38,709 nt of DNA from Desulfobacteraceae bacterium (GTDB lineage: Bacteria; Desulfobacterota; Syntrophobacteria; BM002): assembly GCA_002899795.1 (NCBI GenBank), contig PPDG01000475.1, positions 1 to 38,709 of the forward strand, written 5' to 3'. The notes under the pieces are model-generated. The model ran no database searches. It saw only the letters and a list, made by a program, of their open reading frames with translations, and was not told the origin of the DNA. This document shows, piece after piece, positions 8,289-18,040 of the stretch. Numbering within the stretch: position 1 is the stretch's first letter; each line of letters starts with the position of its first letter. The position numbers and the translations under genes were made by a program.

Positions 8289-9194
8289 ATGAGTAAAAGT
8301 TTGCTGGAACAGATCGCAAAGCTAAAAAAGAAACTCAACGCAATTATCCTGGCCCATAACTATCAACGTCCGGAAGTCCAGGATATTGCTGATTATACTG
8401 GAGATTCCCTTGAGTTGAGTCGCAAGGCGGCCGGAACCGATGCTGAAGTGATCGTCTTTTGCGGCGTCCATTTTATGGCGGAGACCGCCAAGATCCTGTC
8501 GCCGCAGAAGACGGTGCTGCTTCCCGATGAGGAGGCCGGTTGTCCCATGGCTGATATGATTACTGCCGACCAATTGGAGCAGGAGAAGGCCAAGTATCCC
8601 GGGGTCCAGGTGGTCTGCTATGTTAACTCAAGCGCTGCGGTAAAGGCAGAATCCGACATCTGCTGCACTTCTGCCAATGCGGTGCAAGTAGTAGAGGCCA
8701 TGGATAGGGAGCGGCCCATTCTTTTCGTCCCGGACCAGTACCTGGGGCATTACGCCATGCGCAAGACCGGTAGAGAAATGCATCTGTGGCCTGGATATTG
8801 CCCGACTCACATGAAGATAGGGGTTGATGATGTGAACAGACAGAGAGCACGATACCCGGGGGCCAAGGTACTGGTTCACCCCGAGTGCCGGCCGGATGTA
8901 ATCGATGCTGCCGATGAGGCTCTCAGCACTGGCGGCATAATTCGTTATGCACAATCCTACCAGGGCAGTACTCTTATTGTGGGTACGGAGACCGGGATTC
9001 TGCATAGACTGCGGAAAGAAAATCCCGCGGTGGAATACGTGCCTGTAACCGAACGAGGGGTGTGCCCCAATATGAAGTGCATCACCCTGGAAAAGGTGCT
9101 CTGGTCCATGGAGGAGATGGAGCCCAATATTGAAATTCCGGAAGACGTTAGGCAGCAGGCCTTGGCAGCAGTAGAAAGGATGCTGGCCCTGTAG
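8289..9194 (+). CDS. nadA: quinolinate synthase
   Basis: ILAHNYQRPEVQDIAD.TGDSLELS and CGVHFMAETAKIL motifs. agggag SD before the ATG at 8289. Confidence 0.9.
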   Translation: MSKSLLEQIAKLKKKLNAIILAHNYQRPEVQDIADYTGDSLELSRKAAGTDAEVIVFCGVHFMAETAKILSPQKTVLLPDEEAGCPMADMITADQLEQEKAKYPGVQVVCYVNSSAAVKAESDICCTSANAVQVVEAMDRERPILFVPDQYLGHYAMRKTGREMHLWPGYCPTHMKIGVDDVNRQRARYPGAKVLVHPECRPDVIDAADEALSTGGIIRYAQSYQGSTLIVGTETGILHRLRKENPAVEYVPVTERGVCPNMKCITLEKVLWSMEEMEPNIEIPEDVRQQALAAVERMLAL

Positions 9195-9200
9195 TGCGTA

Positions 9201-9283
9201 GCAGGCAGGAGGCAGATTGCAGCGGGCAGAAGACAGAGGGTAGATTGCAGAATTCTTGGCTGCTAACTGCTAGCTGCCAGCTG
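9201..9283. repeat. heptamer arrays (GNNNGCA x7, then CTGCNAG x3)
   Basis: gcaggca|ggaggca|gattgca|gcgggca|gaagaca|gagggta|gattgca at 9201-9249. ctgctaa|ctgctag|ctgccag at 9260-9280. Confidence 0.8.
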
Positions 9284-9344
9284 AATAATTCCGGCCAAAC
9301 CGAAGAGACCTTAAATCACCGGAGTTCGCCATTGGAAAGGGGAC

Positions 9345-10199
9345 ATGGTTGTTGTCTACACCTCCGATCTCCATGGAAACAAAGAGCACTATCAAGAACT
9401 GTTTGAGCTGGCTGAACAAAGAAAAGCTCAGGCGATAATTATTGGGGGCGACATGCTGCCTATCCGCGGCCCCTTTAAATACTCCCTGCAAGAGCAACAA
9501 AATTTCATATTTTCTTATTTAGAGCCCAAGATTCGGGATTTTCGTTCCAGAGCTCCACACACCACCATCTATGCTATGCTCGGCAATGATGATTGGCAGG
9601 CGAGCAACGTCCACCTCGAGACTTTGGTAGCAAAGGGCACACTGCGACTGCTTCATGGTGAAAAGCATGAGCTGGGATCTGGTTATGAATTAGTCGGATA
9701 TTCTCATGTTCCACCTACGCCTTTTACCATCAAAGACGGCGAACGTAGAGATCTCCTGGATGACGCTGTTGATGGACAACGCTGTACTGCGTGTGTAAGC
9801 CAGGGGTCGAAGATCATCGTAGTTGACCCGCGTCGATACTTCGCCAGTATGAATTCCGTTGAGGAAGAACTGGAGGAGCTGCCAACGGCTCGAGATCCTC
9901 GCAAGACCGTGTACGTTATGCATTCTCCACCCTTTCGCACCAATTTGGATAGACTCTTTGATGGCCGTTGGATTGGTAGCCAGGCCATAAGGGCGTTCGT
10001 TGAGAGGTATCAGCCTTATCTGACCCTACACGGTCATATCCACGAATCGTCAGAGATCAGCGGTACTTACTGGGATCGGATCGGGAAGACTATCTGCATC
10101 AATCCAGGACAATCCACTGAAGAGCTTTACGCCGTAGTCTTCGAGCTTGAAGATATTACCGCAACTATTGAACATACGGTGTTTGGGCCCATGGCATAA
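9345..10199 (+). CDS. metallophosphoesterase (calcineurin-like)
   Basis: Motifs SDLHGN, GGDMLP, GNDDW, HSPP and GHIHES, in canonical order. Confidence 0.8.
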   Translation: MVVVYTSDLHGNKEHYQELFELAEQRKAQAIIIGGDMLPIRGPFKYSLQEQQNFIFSYLEPKIRDFRSRAPHTTIYAMLGNDDWQASNVHLETLVAKGTLRLLHGEKHELGSGYELVGYSHVPPTPFTIKDGERRDLLDDAVDGQRCTACVSQGSKIIVVDPRRYFASMNSVEEELEELPTARDPRKTVYVMHSPPFRTNLDRLFDGRWIGSQAIRAFVERYQPYLTLHGHIHESSEISGTYWDRIGKTICINPGQSTEELYAVVFELEDITATIEHTVFGPMA

Positions 10200-10210
10200 A
10201 GCGCCAAGTG

Positions 10211-10327
10211 CCATTTCGCATTGTACATTTCGCATTTCTCAGTATAATAAAATGACCTCATTGCTCATATCTCCCAAGGTGTAATGCCAGAGGCGCAATG
10301 CCAGATGAGAAATGCAAAATGTGCATT
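10211..10327. repeat. inverted heptamer arrays (GNNNAAT family and its complement)
   Basis: Left arm ccatttcgcattgtacatttcgcatttctc (10211-10240). Right arm is 7 phased units gtgtaat|gccagag|gcgcaat|gccagat|gagaaat|gcaaaat|gtgcatt (10279-10327). Confidence 0.75.
10221..10248 (+). promoter_or_regulatory. sigma70-like promoter (TTGTAC-16-TATAAT) embedded in the repeat arm
   Basis: Hexamers at 10221-10226 and 10243-10248, upstream of the DUF2062 gene. Confidence 0.4.
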
Positions 10328-10374
10328 GTTAGCTGGTCAAATTTGAAGAATACATCACACCTGCTGTAAGTCTT

Positions 10375-10884
10375 ATGTCACTGCCAAAACTGACCAGGGA
10401 AATGTTGAGTCCACTTTACTGGTGGCAGGAGTTTGTGCGACAGCTCCAGGAGTTGCGCGGCAGACCCCGCGAGCTATCCCTGGGGATCGCCATAGGGGTG
10501 TTCGTTGGCATCACCCCAACCATTCCCTTACACACCGTGCTGGCCATAGCTCTGGCCGCGGCCCTGCGGGGTAGCAAACTCGCGGCGGCGCTGGGGGTTT
10601 GGGTGGCCAATCCATTGACTATTCCTATTTTTTACTACGGCAGTTATCAATTGGGAAGATTTGTTCTGAGGTTGCCTGAATTGGCACTACCTCCGGACTA
10701 CTCAGTGCTTTCAATGGTGAGGATCAGTGGTCGTGTAACAGTGGCAATGTTGCATGGTGGTGTACTCTTGGGAATCTTGCCGGCGGTGGCGGCCTATTTC
10801 TTGACATACAGGTTCACTAGTTCCAGCCGTTTTCAGGGGAAACCCGGTCTCACTACACCTGATCCTGGTGACACGGGTCAATAG
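10375..10884 (+). CDS. DUF2062-like membrane protein
   Basis: The central segment LSLGIAIGVFVGITPTIPLHT...ANPLTIP resembles DUF2062 (from memory). An alternative start at 10405 has the better SD (agggaa). Confidence 0.65.
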   Translation: MSLPKLTREMLSPLYWWQEFVRQLQELRGRPRELSLGIAIGVFVGITPTIPLHTVLAIALAAALRGSKLAAALGVWVANPLTIPIFYYGSYQLGRFVLRLPELALPPDYSVLSMVRISGRVTVAMLHGGVLLGILPAVAAYFLTYRFTSSSRFQGKPGLTTPDPGDTGQ

Positions 10885-10925
10885 TTTGACCTCAGAGCCC
10901 AGTGGTGGGCTTGGGAGCGGGGAGC

Positions 10926-11786
10926 ATGATCTCTCCTCAGCAGGCGCTGAAGATACTCGGCAAAAGGCCGACCAAAAGCCTTGGTCAGCACTTTCTCATT
11001 CATCAGGCAACCGCAGGAAAAATAGCGGCCGCAATTCATCCCGAGCCGGGAGATGTGGTGGTGGAAATCGGGGCGGGACTGGGAGCTCTGACTTTGCCGT
11101 TGAGCAAAAGCGGCGCCCGTGTGATCGCGGTTGAGGTTGATTCAGAGCTGGCGGCATTCTTACACAGGCAGTTTAGGGCGAAAACCGGTGAGGAAACCGT
11201 AGGTGTAGAGTGCATGGACATATTGAAACTTGATCTCGTTGCTCTGCATGACCGGTTCAAGAGAAAATTGAAGATCATTGGCAATCTACCCTACAACATC
11301 AGCAGCCCCGTTTTGTTCAAACTCATGGAAGGAGCGGACTGCATCCAGGAAGCGGTACTGATGTTGCAGAATGAAGTGGCGGAAAGGGTTCTGGCTGGGC
11401 CAGGTAGCAAGGATAACTCCATCCTCTCGATAATGGCCGCCTATCACAGTGAGCGCAAACGGTTTATGCGAATTAAGCCATCGCAGTTTCACCCTCCGCC
11501 CAAGGTGGACTCTCAGGTCATATGTCTTACATTTCGGAAATGCCCGCTGACACCGAGGGTGGAATCCCCCTGGCTTCTCCAGGTGGTGAAGGCGGCTTTC
11601 TCTCATCGGCGCAAGACCATAAAAAATAGTTTGCTGGCCAGTAATTTCCCTGATCTTACTCCTGAGTCTGTTGGCACGGCTTTGGATGAAGCGGCCATTG
11701 AATCCCGTAAGAGGCCAGAGAGTCTTGGTCTTGAGGACGTCTTACGGCTGGCACGTGCCCTGTCTAAAAAAAGCGAGAAAAGGTAA
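10926..11786 (+). CDS. rsmA: 16S rRNA (adenine1518/1519-N6)-dimethyltransferase
   Basis: Motifs SLGQHFL, EIGAGLGALT and GNLPYNISS. ggggag SD before the ATG at 10926. Confidence 0.9.
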   Translation: MISPQQALKILGKRPTKSLGQHFLIHQATAGKIAAAIHPEPGDVVVEIGAGLGALTLPLSKSGARVIAVEVDSELAAFLHRQFRAKTGEETVGVECMDILKLDLVALHDRFKRKLKIIGNLPYNISSPVLFKLMEGADCIQEAVLMLQNEVAERVLAGPGSKDNSILSIMAAYHSERKRFMRIKPSQFHPPPKVDSQVICLTFRKCPLTPRVESPWLLQVVKAAFSHRRKTIKNSLLASNFPDLTPESVGTALDEAAIESRKRPESLGLEDVLRLARALSKKSEKR

Positions 11787-11830
11787 TCGAAATGGGGACG
11801 CCATGCTCGACTGACCAGCTGCAAAAGCGG

Positions 11831-11859
11831 TTGACGTTAGAAAATAGTCGTGGTATTTG
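11831..11859 (+). promoter_or_regulatory. possible promoter (TTGACG-17-TATTTG)
   Basis: Hexamer match only. It would drive a ~150-nt RNA ending at the hairpin at 11984-12015. Confidence 0.25.
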
Positions 11860-11983
11860 TCATAGGTTATAATGACAGCATAATCCGCTTGGATCCATCT
11901 AGTGGACTGAGACGGTAGTGAGCCAGTCGATAAGGCCGACGCAAACGCGGTCAATATCGCAGCCAGATCCGGAAAGTGATTGA

Positions 11984-12015
11984 GCCTTCTGGACAGTCGT
12001 CTTGGAGGCTTTTTG
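11984..12015 (+). terminator. intrinsic terminator/attenuator hairpin 73 nt upstream of panD
   Basis: gccttc-u-ggac-aguc-gucu-u-ggaggc (10 bp including G-U pairs), followed by ttttt. Confidence 0.5.
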
Positions 12016-12087
12016 CATGCTTGGCTACCGTGTCCGAGTTCACTGGAATGGAAGGCAAAATTTCATAGACACGGAGGAGGTCAGGCC

Positions 12088-12459
12088 ATGCAGCGTATTT
12101 TTCTGAAAGCCAAAATACATCGGGTCCGGATTACGGCTGCGTGTTTGGACTATGAGGGCAGTTTGAGCATCGATCAAAGCCTCATGGCTCAGGCAGATAT
12201 CGCGGAGTACGAGCAGGTGGGGGTATATAACCTTTCCAACGGGGAACGGTTTGATACTTATGCCATAGTTGGGCCCGAAGGATCCGGGGAAATCTGCCTC
12301 AACGGTGCTGCTGCTCGCAAAGGCCAACCAGGTGATTTGATTATAATAACCACTTACGCTTTGCTGGATGAAGAGGAGTTGGCAGGCCACCAGCCGAAGG
12401 TCATACTGGTAGACGAGAACAATCGATCTCGGCCGGTGGTAGCGATGACCAGTAGATAA
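12088..12459 (+). CDS. panD: aspartate 1-decarboxylase proenzyme
   Basis: MQRIFLKAKIHRVRIT... with the self-processing YEGS site. ggaggagg SD. The track ORF from 11980 is over-extended. Confidence 0.9.
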   Translation: MQRIFLKAKIHRVRITAACLDYEGSLSIDQSLMAQADIAEYEQVGVYNLSNGERFDTYAIVGPEGSGEICLNGAAARKGQPGDLIIITTYALLDEEELAGHQPKVILVDENNRSRPVVAMTSR

Positions 12460-12466
12460 CCAGAAC

Positions 12467-13291
12467 ATGCGATTCTTTAATTGGCTTAAATCCATAATTC
12501 GCGGCTACTTTCTTGCCGGCCTCCTCGTCATCCTTCCATTGGGCGCGGTTATTTTCGTGATCTCAGCCATTCTGAGGCTGATGGACCGGGCTCTGGGCGT
12601 GATCCCCCCCAAATTCCATCCTGAAGCCTATCTTCCCTTCAAGATTCCGGGTCTCGGGCTGGCTCTGTTCATTGCAATAGTGCTGGTAACCGGGGTTCTG
12701 GTGAAGAATTACATTGGACGACGGGTAGTTGACTTCGGCGAGTACATGGTCTCTAAGATCCCTTTGGTGCGCCCCCTTTATGGGGCGGTTAAGCAGCTTA
12801 TTCTGGCGATTTTCGGCGACGCCCATGATGCGTTCAAGCGGGTTGTTCTGGTGGAATATCCCAGAAAGGGGGTCTATTCCTTGGCGTTCGTCACCGCAAA
12901 GACATCGGGGGAGATCCAGGAGCAGATGGGCGGCACCAAGATGATAAGTATTTTTCTTCCAACGACACCGAATCCCACCTCAGGATTCTTCCTGGTGTTG
13001 CCGGAGGAAGATACTATCCCCTTGAGCATGAGCGTGGAAGAGGCTTTCAAGCTTCTGATTTCCGGCGGTGTTGTTGAACCGGGAGGAAGCGCGTCCCAGT
13101 TTCCCTTCGGCAAGAGACAGCGCAATGCAAGCAATGCAGAGAGTGCCAGGCAAGTTGCACAGCTGGAAGGCGATGCGACCTCTTCGACCCATTCGACAGG
13201 CTCAGGGCAGGCAAGCTCAGGGCAGGCAAGCTCAGGGCAGGCAGGCTCAGGGCAAGCGCGTGAGCCAGGAAAAAGTGCTGATAAAGGTTAG
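12467..13291 (+). CDS. DUF502-like membrane protein with repeat-encoded C-terminal tail
   Basis: Two N-terminal TM helices and a TTPNPTSGFF motif typical of DUF502 (from memory). The tail is SGQASSGQASSGQAGSGQA. Confidence 0.7.
   Translation: MRFFNWLKSIIRGYFLAGLLVILPLGAVIFVISAILRLMDRALGVIPPKFHPEAYLPFKIPGLGLALFIAIVLVTGVLVKNYIGRRVVDFGEYMVSKIPLVRPLYGAVKQLILAIFGDAHDAFKRVVLVEYPRKGVYSLAFVTAKTSGEIQEQMGGTKMISIFLPTTPNPTSGFFLVLPEEDTIPLSMSVEEAFKLLISGGVVEPGGSASQFPFGKRQRNASNAESARQVAQLEGDATSSTHSTGSGQASSGQASSGQAGSGQAREPGKSADKG
13196..13257 (+). repeat. 15-nt tandem repeat (about 4 units) inside coding sequence
   Basis: gctcagggcaggcaa iterated. It is related to the intergenic gctcgggacaggcagg motif. Confidence 0.8.
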
Positions 13292-13413
13292 CACGGCTAG
13301 TAAATTTTTAATATTGGGTTAAACTGATTTCTATATACAGTTTGCAGTTGAGCAGGGAAACTGCTGAAGATGACAAGCTGATGGCTGGAAGTTAAAACAA
13401 GGAGGCGTGTTAA

Positions 13414-14583
13414 ATGTCTACAACCAACTATCTATTTACTTCTGAATCGGTCACAGAAGGGCACCCGGACAAGATAGCCGATAAGATTTCTGATTCGATT
13501 CTGGATTCCATCATGGCCGAGGACAAACAGTGTCGAGTGGCCTGCGAGACCATGGTTACCACCGGTACGGCCATTATTGCCGGTGAGATCACCACCAGCA
13601 CCTGGGTGGATATGCCCCAGATCGTAAGAGAAACCATCAAGGAGATCGGCTACAACAACTCGGGGATGGGGTTCGACTGGGAGACCTGTGCGGTGTTGAC
13701 CTCAATCGACAAGCAATCACCGGATATCTCCCAGGGAGTTACCGCAGGTGAAGGTCTTTTCGAAGAGCAAGGCGCCGGAGACCAGGGGCTGATGTTCGGC
13801 TATGCCTGCAACGAAACCCCGGTTCTCATGCCCATGCCCATCTACTACGCCCACCGGATCACGAAGCATTTGGCGCAAGCCCGGAAGAGTGGGGCGTTGG
13901 ATTTTCTCCGCCCCGACGGCAAGTCGCAAGTTACGGTGGAATACGACAACGGTACTCCCAGAAGAGTTCACACCGTGGTGGTGGCAGCCCAGCATATACC
14001 CCAGGTGAAGTACGATACCCTCCGGGAGGGGATTATTGAGGAGGTGATTCGCAAGGCTATCCCTGAGGATATGCTGGACGATCAGACCATGTACTACATC
14101 AATGCCACGGGTCGTTTTGTAATCGGCGGACCCATGGGGGATTGTGGTCTGACTGGACGCAAGATCATCGTCGATACCTACGGCGGTCAGGGCAGCCACG
14201 GTGGCGGTTGCTTTTCCGGCAAGGACCCTTCCAAGGTGGACCGGAGCGGCTCCTACATGGCCCGCTACGCGGCCAAGAACATTGTTGCCGCCGGGCTGGC
14301 AGACAAGTGCGAGGTTCAGATTGCCTATTGCATCGGAGTGGCAGAGCCGGTGAGCTTGATGATAGATAGTTTCGGCACCGGCAAGCTCCCACCGGAGCGG
14401 CTGGTGGAAATCGTGCGTGATACCTTCAGTTTCAAGCCGGCTAATATGATCAGCCACCTCAAGCTGCTGCGACCGATTTTCAAGAAGACCGCCTGCTACG
14501 GGCACTTTGGCCGCAATGATCCTGATTTCACCTGGGAGCATACTGACAAAGCCGACGAACTGAGAGAGAAAGCGGGCTTGTAG
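13414..14583 (+). CDS. metK: S-adenosylmethionine synthase
   Basis: Motifs [24 protein letters not shown] and [16 protein letters not shown]. aaggagg SD. Confidence 0.95.
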   Translation: MSTTNYLFTSESVTEGHPDKIADKISDSILDSIMAEDKQCRVACETMVTTGTAIIAGEITTSTWVDMPQIVRETIKEIGYNNSGMGFDWETCAVLTSIDKQSPDISQGVTAGEGLFEEQGAGDQGLMFGYACNETPVLMPMPIYYAHRITKHLAQARKSGALDFLRPDGKSQVTVEYDNGTPRRVHTVVVAAQHIPQVKYDTLREGIIEEVIRKAIPEDMLDDQTMYYINATGRFVIGGPMGDCGLTGRKIIVDTYGGQGSHGGGCFSGKDPSKVDRSGSYMARYAAKNIVAAGLADKCEVQIAYCIGVAEPVSLMIDSFGTGKLPPERLVEIVRDTFSFKPANMISHLKLLRPIFKKTACYGHFGRNDPDFTWEHTDKADELREKAGL

Positions 14584-14585
14584 CT

Positions 14586-14779
14586 CAGCTGGCAGCAGAC
14601 AGCTGGCAGCAAGCAGAAGACAAAAGAAAGACGGCGAGTTTTTTGCCAGTTGTCCGTGGTCCGTGGTCCGTTGCGAATAAAGCATAAAGCAAGGAGTCAG
14701 GAGTCAGAATTAAGGAGAAAAGACATCATGATTGAGTTTCTCTCAACTACTGGATACTGACTACTGGCTATTAACTACT
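14586..14779. repeat. heptamer arrays (CAGNNNN x6-7; GTCCGTG/AAGCATA/GAGTCAG series; NNNTACT x5)
   Basis: The 7-nt register is held over 14586-14627, 14652-14714 and 14745-14779. Confidence 0.8.
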
Positions 14780-14794
14780 CGATTCTTTGTTCAT

Positions 14795-16168
<1,374 letters not shown>

Positions 16169-16389
16169 GGATTACGGATTTCGGATTTCGGATTGCGAAT
16201 TTAACAAAAAGAGCAGGTAGGAGGCAGATAGCAGCCCCGCGACAAGCTCGGGACAGGCAGGCAGAAAAACACTGGGAACTAGACAACATACACTAGGCAC
16301 TATTTCGAATCATTCTAATGCCTGGTGTCTAGTGTTTAGTGCCTAGTTGAATTGCTGATCGCTGAAGGCTGAAAGCTGACAGCTAAACT
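16169..16389. repeat. composite heptamer module starting at the ahcY stop
   Basis: Order of parts: ggattac|ggatttc|ggatttc|ggattgc; then gcaggta|ggaggca|gatagca; then ccccgcgacaagctcgggacaggcaggcag; then ctgggaact...aggcac. Further on, ctgatcg|ctgaagg|ctgaaag|ctgacag (16355-16382). Confidence 0.8.
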
Positions 16390-16450
16390 AGACCGGCAAG
16401 ACTGACCAAACCGGCTAAACCGACTAAACAGACATTAGGCAGGTAGCGCT

Positions 16451-17686
16451 TTGCGACTCGCCCGAAATGATGACTTGAACACTAGTGCCAAATCGGTATT
16501 GGTGTTTTTTTTGTCTCTGACGATATTGCTCGCCTCAGCCTGCGGGCCGTCGCGGGTGGCAACTCCCGTTAGCAGGCCGGAGCAACCTCTCCAGGAAGTC
16601 CCTCCCCAATCGGTGGAGCTGGAAAGAGATGACTTGAGCCGAGAGCTGTTGGTGCAGGCGGTTCAAAACAGCCTGCTCTATTACGAACGGCTGCCTGAGG
16701 ACAGACTTTTCAAGTTCGGTCCCGAGGAAGTTCCCGTCAGCCGAATGAAGCGAACCCTGGAGACCTTTCTGGCGCTGCTGGTTGAAAGTCATTCCTGGAC
16801 GGAGCTTGCAGACAGCGTTCGGGAGAAGTTCATAGTCTACCGGTCCGTGGGCCGAAATGTTGAGCAAGAGGTTTTGTTCACCGGATACTACGAGCCCACC
16901 ATCCAGGGCAGCCTTACCCAGGACGACCACTACCGCTATCCCATCTACGGTGTTCCGGATGACCTGCTCAAGATCGATTTGGGGCTTTTTGGAACCAAAT
17001 ACCAGGGAACTAGTCTGGTGGGGCGCACAGAGGGAAACCGGGTGGTCCCCTACTACAGCCGGGACGATATCGAGTTTGATGGCAAGTTGGCCGGGCAGGG
17101 TTATGAGTTGGTCTGGGTGGCGGATCCGGTGGAACGTTTTTTCCTCAGAATTCAAGGTTCCGGGCGGATAAGGCTGATAAATGGTGAATATGTTCGACTT
17201 GGATATGCGGCCAAGAACGGCAGGCCGTGGGGGCCCATTGGGAGGTTGCTGATTGAAAAAGGGCTGATACCCAAGGAAGCCATGTCGATGCAGGCTATCC
17301 GCCGCTACCTGAAGCAACATCCGGAAGAGATGGCAGAGATTTTTTCCTACGATCCAAGCTACGTATTTTTTAGCAAAGTTGAGGGCGGTCCTTTCGGAAA
17401 TATTGCAGTTCCGCTCACCCCAGGTCGATCAGTCGCCACCGATTCCACACTTTTCCCTAAAGGAGCTCTTGCTTTCATTGAATGCCAGAAGCCGGTCTTT
17501 GCCAAAGACGGCGTGATTCTGGGTTGGGCTCCCTTCGGCCGTTATGTCTTAAATCAGGATACCGGTGGTGCCATACGTGGTCCAGGACGGGTGGATCTAT
17601 TCTGGGGTAGTGGTCCTTTCGGCCGCATTGCCGCGGGGCATCTTAAACATCCGGGGGCCCTCTATTTCTTGCTCGTCAAAGAGTAA
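16451..17686 (+). CDS. mltA: membrane-bound lytic murein transglycosylase A (lipoprotein)
   Basis: Lipobox-like LLASAC. MltA-specific region and C-terminal 3D domain (DTGGAIRGPGRVDLFWG). The TTG start at 16451 is uncertain. Confidence 0.85.
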   Translation: MRLARNDDLNTSAKSVLVFFLSLTILLASACGPSRVATPVSRPEQPLQEVPPQSVELERDDLSRELLVQAVQNSLLYYERLPEDRLFKFGPEEVPVSRMKRTLETFLALLVESHSWTELADSVREKFIVYRSVGRNVEQEVLFTGYYEPTIQGSLTQDDHYRYPIYGVPDDLLKIDLGLFGTKYQGTSLVGRTEGNRVVPYYSRDDIEFDGKLAGQGYELVWVADPVERFFLRIQGSGRIRLINGEYVRLGYAAKNGRPWGPIGRLLIEKGLIPKEAMSMQAIRRYLKQHPEEMAEIFSYDPSYVFFSKVEGGPFGNIAVPLTPGRSVATDSTLFPKGALAFIECQKPVFAKDGVILGWAPFGRYVLNQDTGGAIRGPGRVDLFWGSGPFGRIAAGHLKHPGALYFLLVKE

Positions 17687-17691
17687 GAAAC

Positions 17692-17733
17692 CCACAATCC
17701 ACAATCCTAAATCTCCAATCTGAAATCTTCAAT
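17692..17733. repeat. six phased NNAATCY heptamers filling a convergent gap
   Basis: ccacaat|ccacaat|cctaaat|ctccaat|ctgaaat|cttcaat. The last unit overlaps the stop codon (17729-17731) of the minus-strand gene. Confidence 0.85.
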
Positions 17734-18040
17734 CTGCTCCCGTCTCGCTATCCTTCCCAACCAGCGTCTGGATGACGAACTCATTGATAACCCTTATCTC
17801 GTCGAATATCTTTGAAAGTTCGATTGCCTTTTCCAGTTCGTCATCCTCTAGGGAGTCTAGTAAGTGCTTCTGCACGAGTCGGAAACGCCTTAGTAGGGCC
17901 GCCTCTCGATGCTTGAGTCCGACCAAAAACTCTTCTGGCGATTCCATTTTGCGGTACTGCGCTTGCAAAGCCAGGTGAGTATCATGATAGCCTTGGGCAA
18001 GATTTTTCAAATGCTCAACAAGAGTGGGGACCTCATTCAT
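17729..18040 (-). CDS. small all-helical protein of unknown function
   Basis: Strong SD (ggaaggag) before the ATG. Coding-like composition and no recognised motif. Confidence 0.6.
   Translation of the reverse strand: MNEVPTLVEHLKNLAQGYHDTHLALQAQYRKMESPEEFLVGLKHREAALLRRFRLVQKHLLDSLEDDELEKAIELSKIFDEIRVINEFVIQTLVGKDSETGAD

Noticed and set aside
11955-11990. SRP (4.5S) RNA-like string cagatccggaaagtgattgagcc
   Set aside because: The GGAA would not be closed by a C-G pair, and the symmetric and asymmetric loop motifs of SRP helix 8 are absent. The resemblance is superficial.
13068-13322. 84-aa ORF in an alternative frame over the DUF502 3' end (QAQGRQAQGR...)
   Set aside because: It is an alternative-frame translation of the 15-nt tandem repeat. 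The DUF502 frame is continuous with a recognisable family core.
13717-14685. 322-aa ORF on the minus strand
   Set aside because: It is entirely antisense to the unambiguous metK gene. It is R/G/L/A-rich with no SD, which is typical of a shadow ORF. The same reasoning applies to 15125-15952 (antisense to ahcY), 16535-17320 (mltA), 1152-1766 (ferredoxin), 23158-23703 (TPR), 28691-29275 (selB) and 30457-30930 (pyrD).
14728-14760. 10-codon sORF MIEFLSTTGY with a perfect taaggag SD inside the metK-ahcY spacer
   Set aside because: The SD-like string is itself part of the heptamer series (gagtcag|aattaag|gagaaaa), and the ORF runs into the next array. It is too short to support without ribosome profiling.
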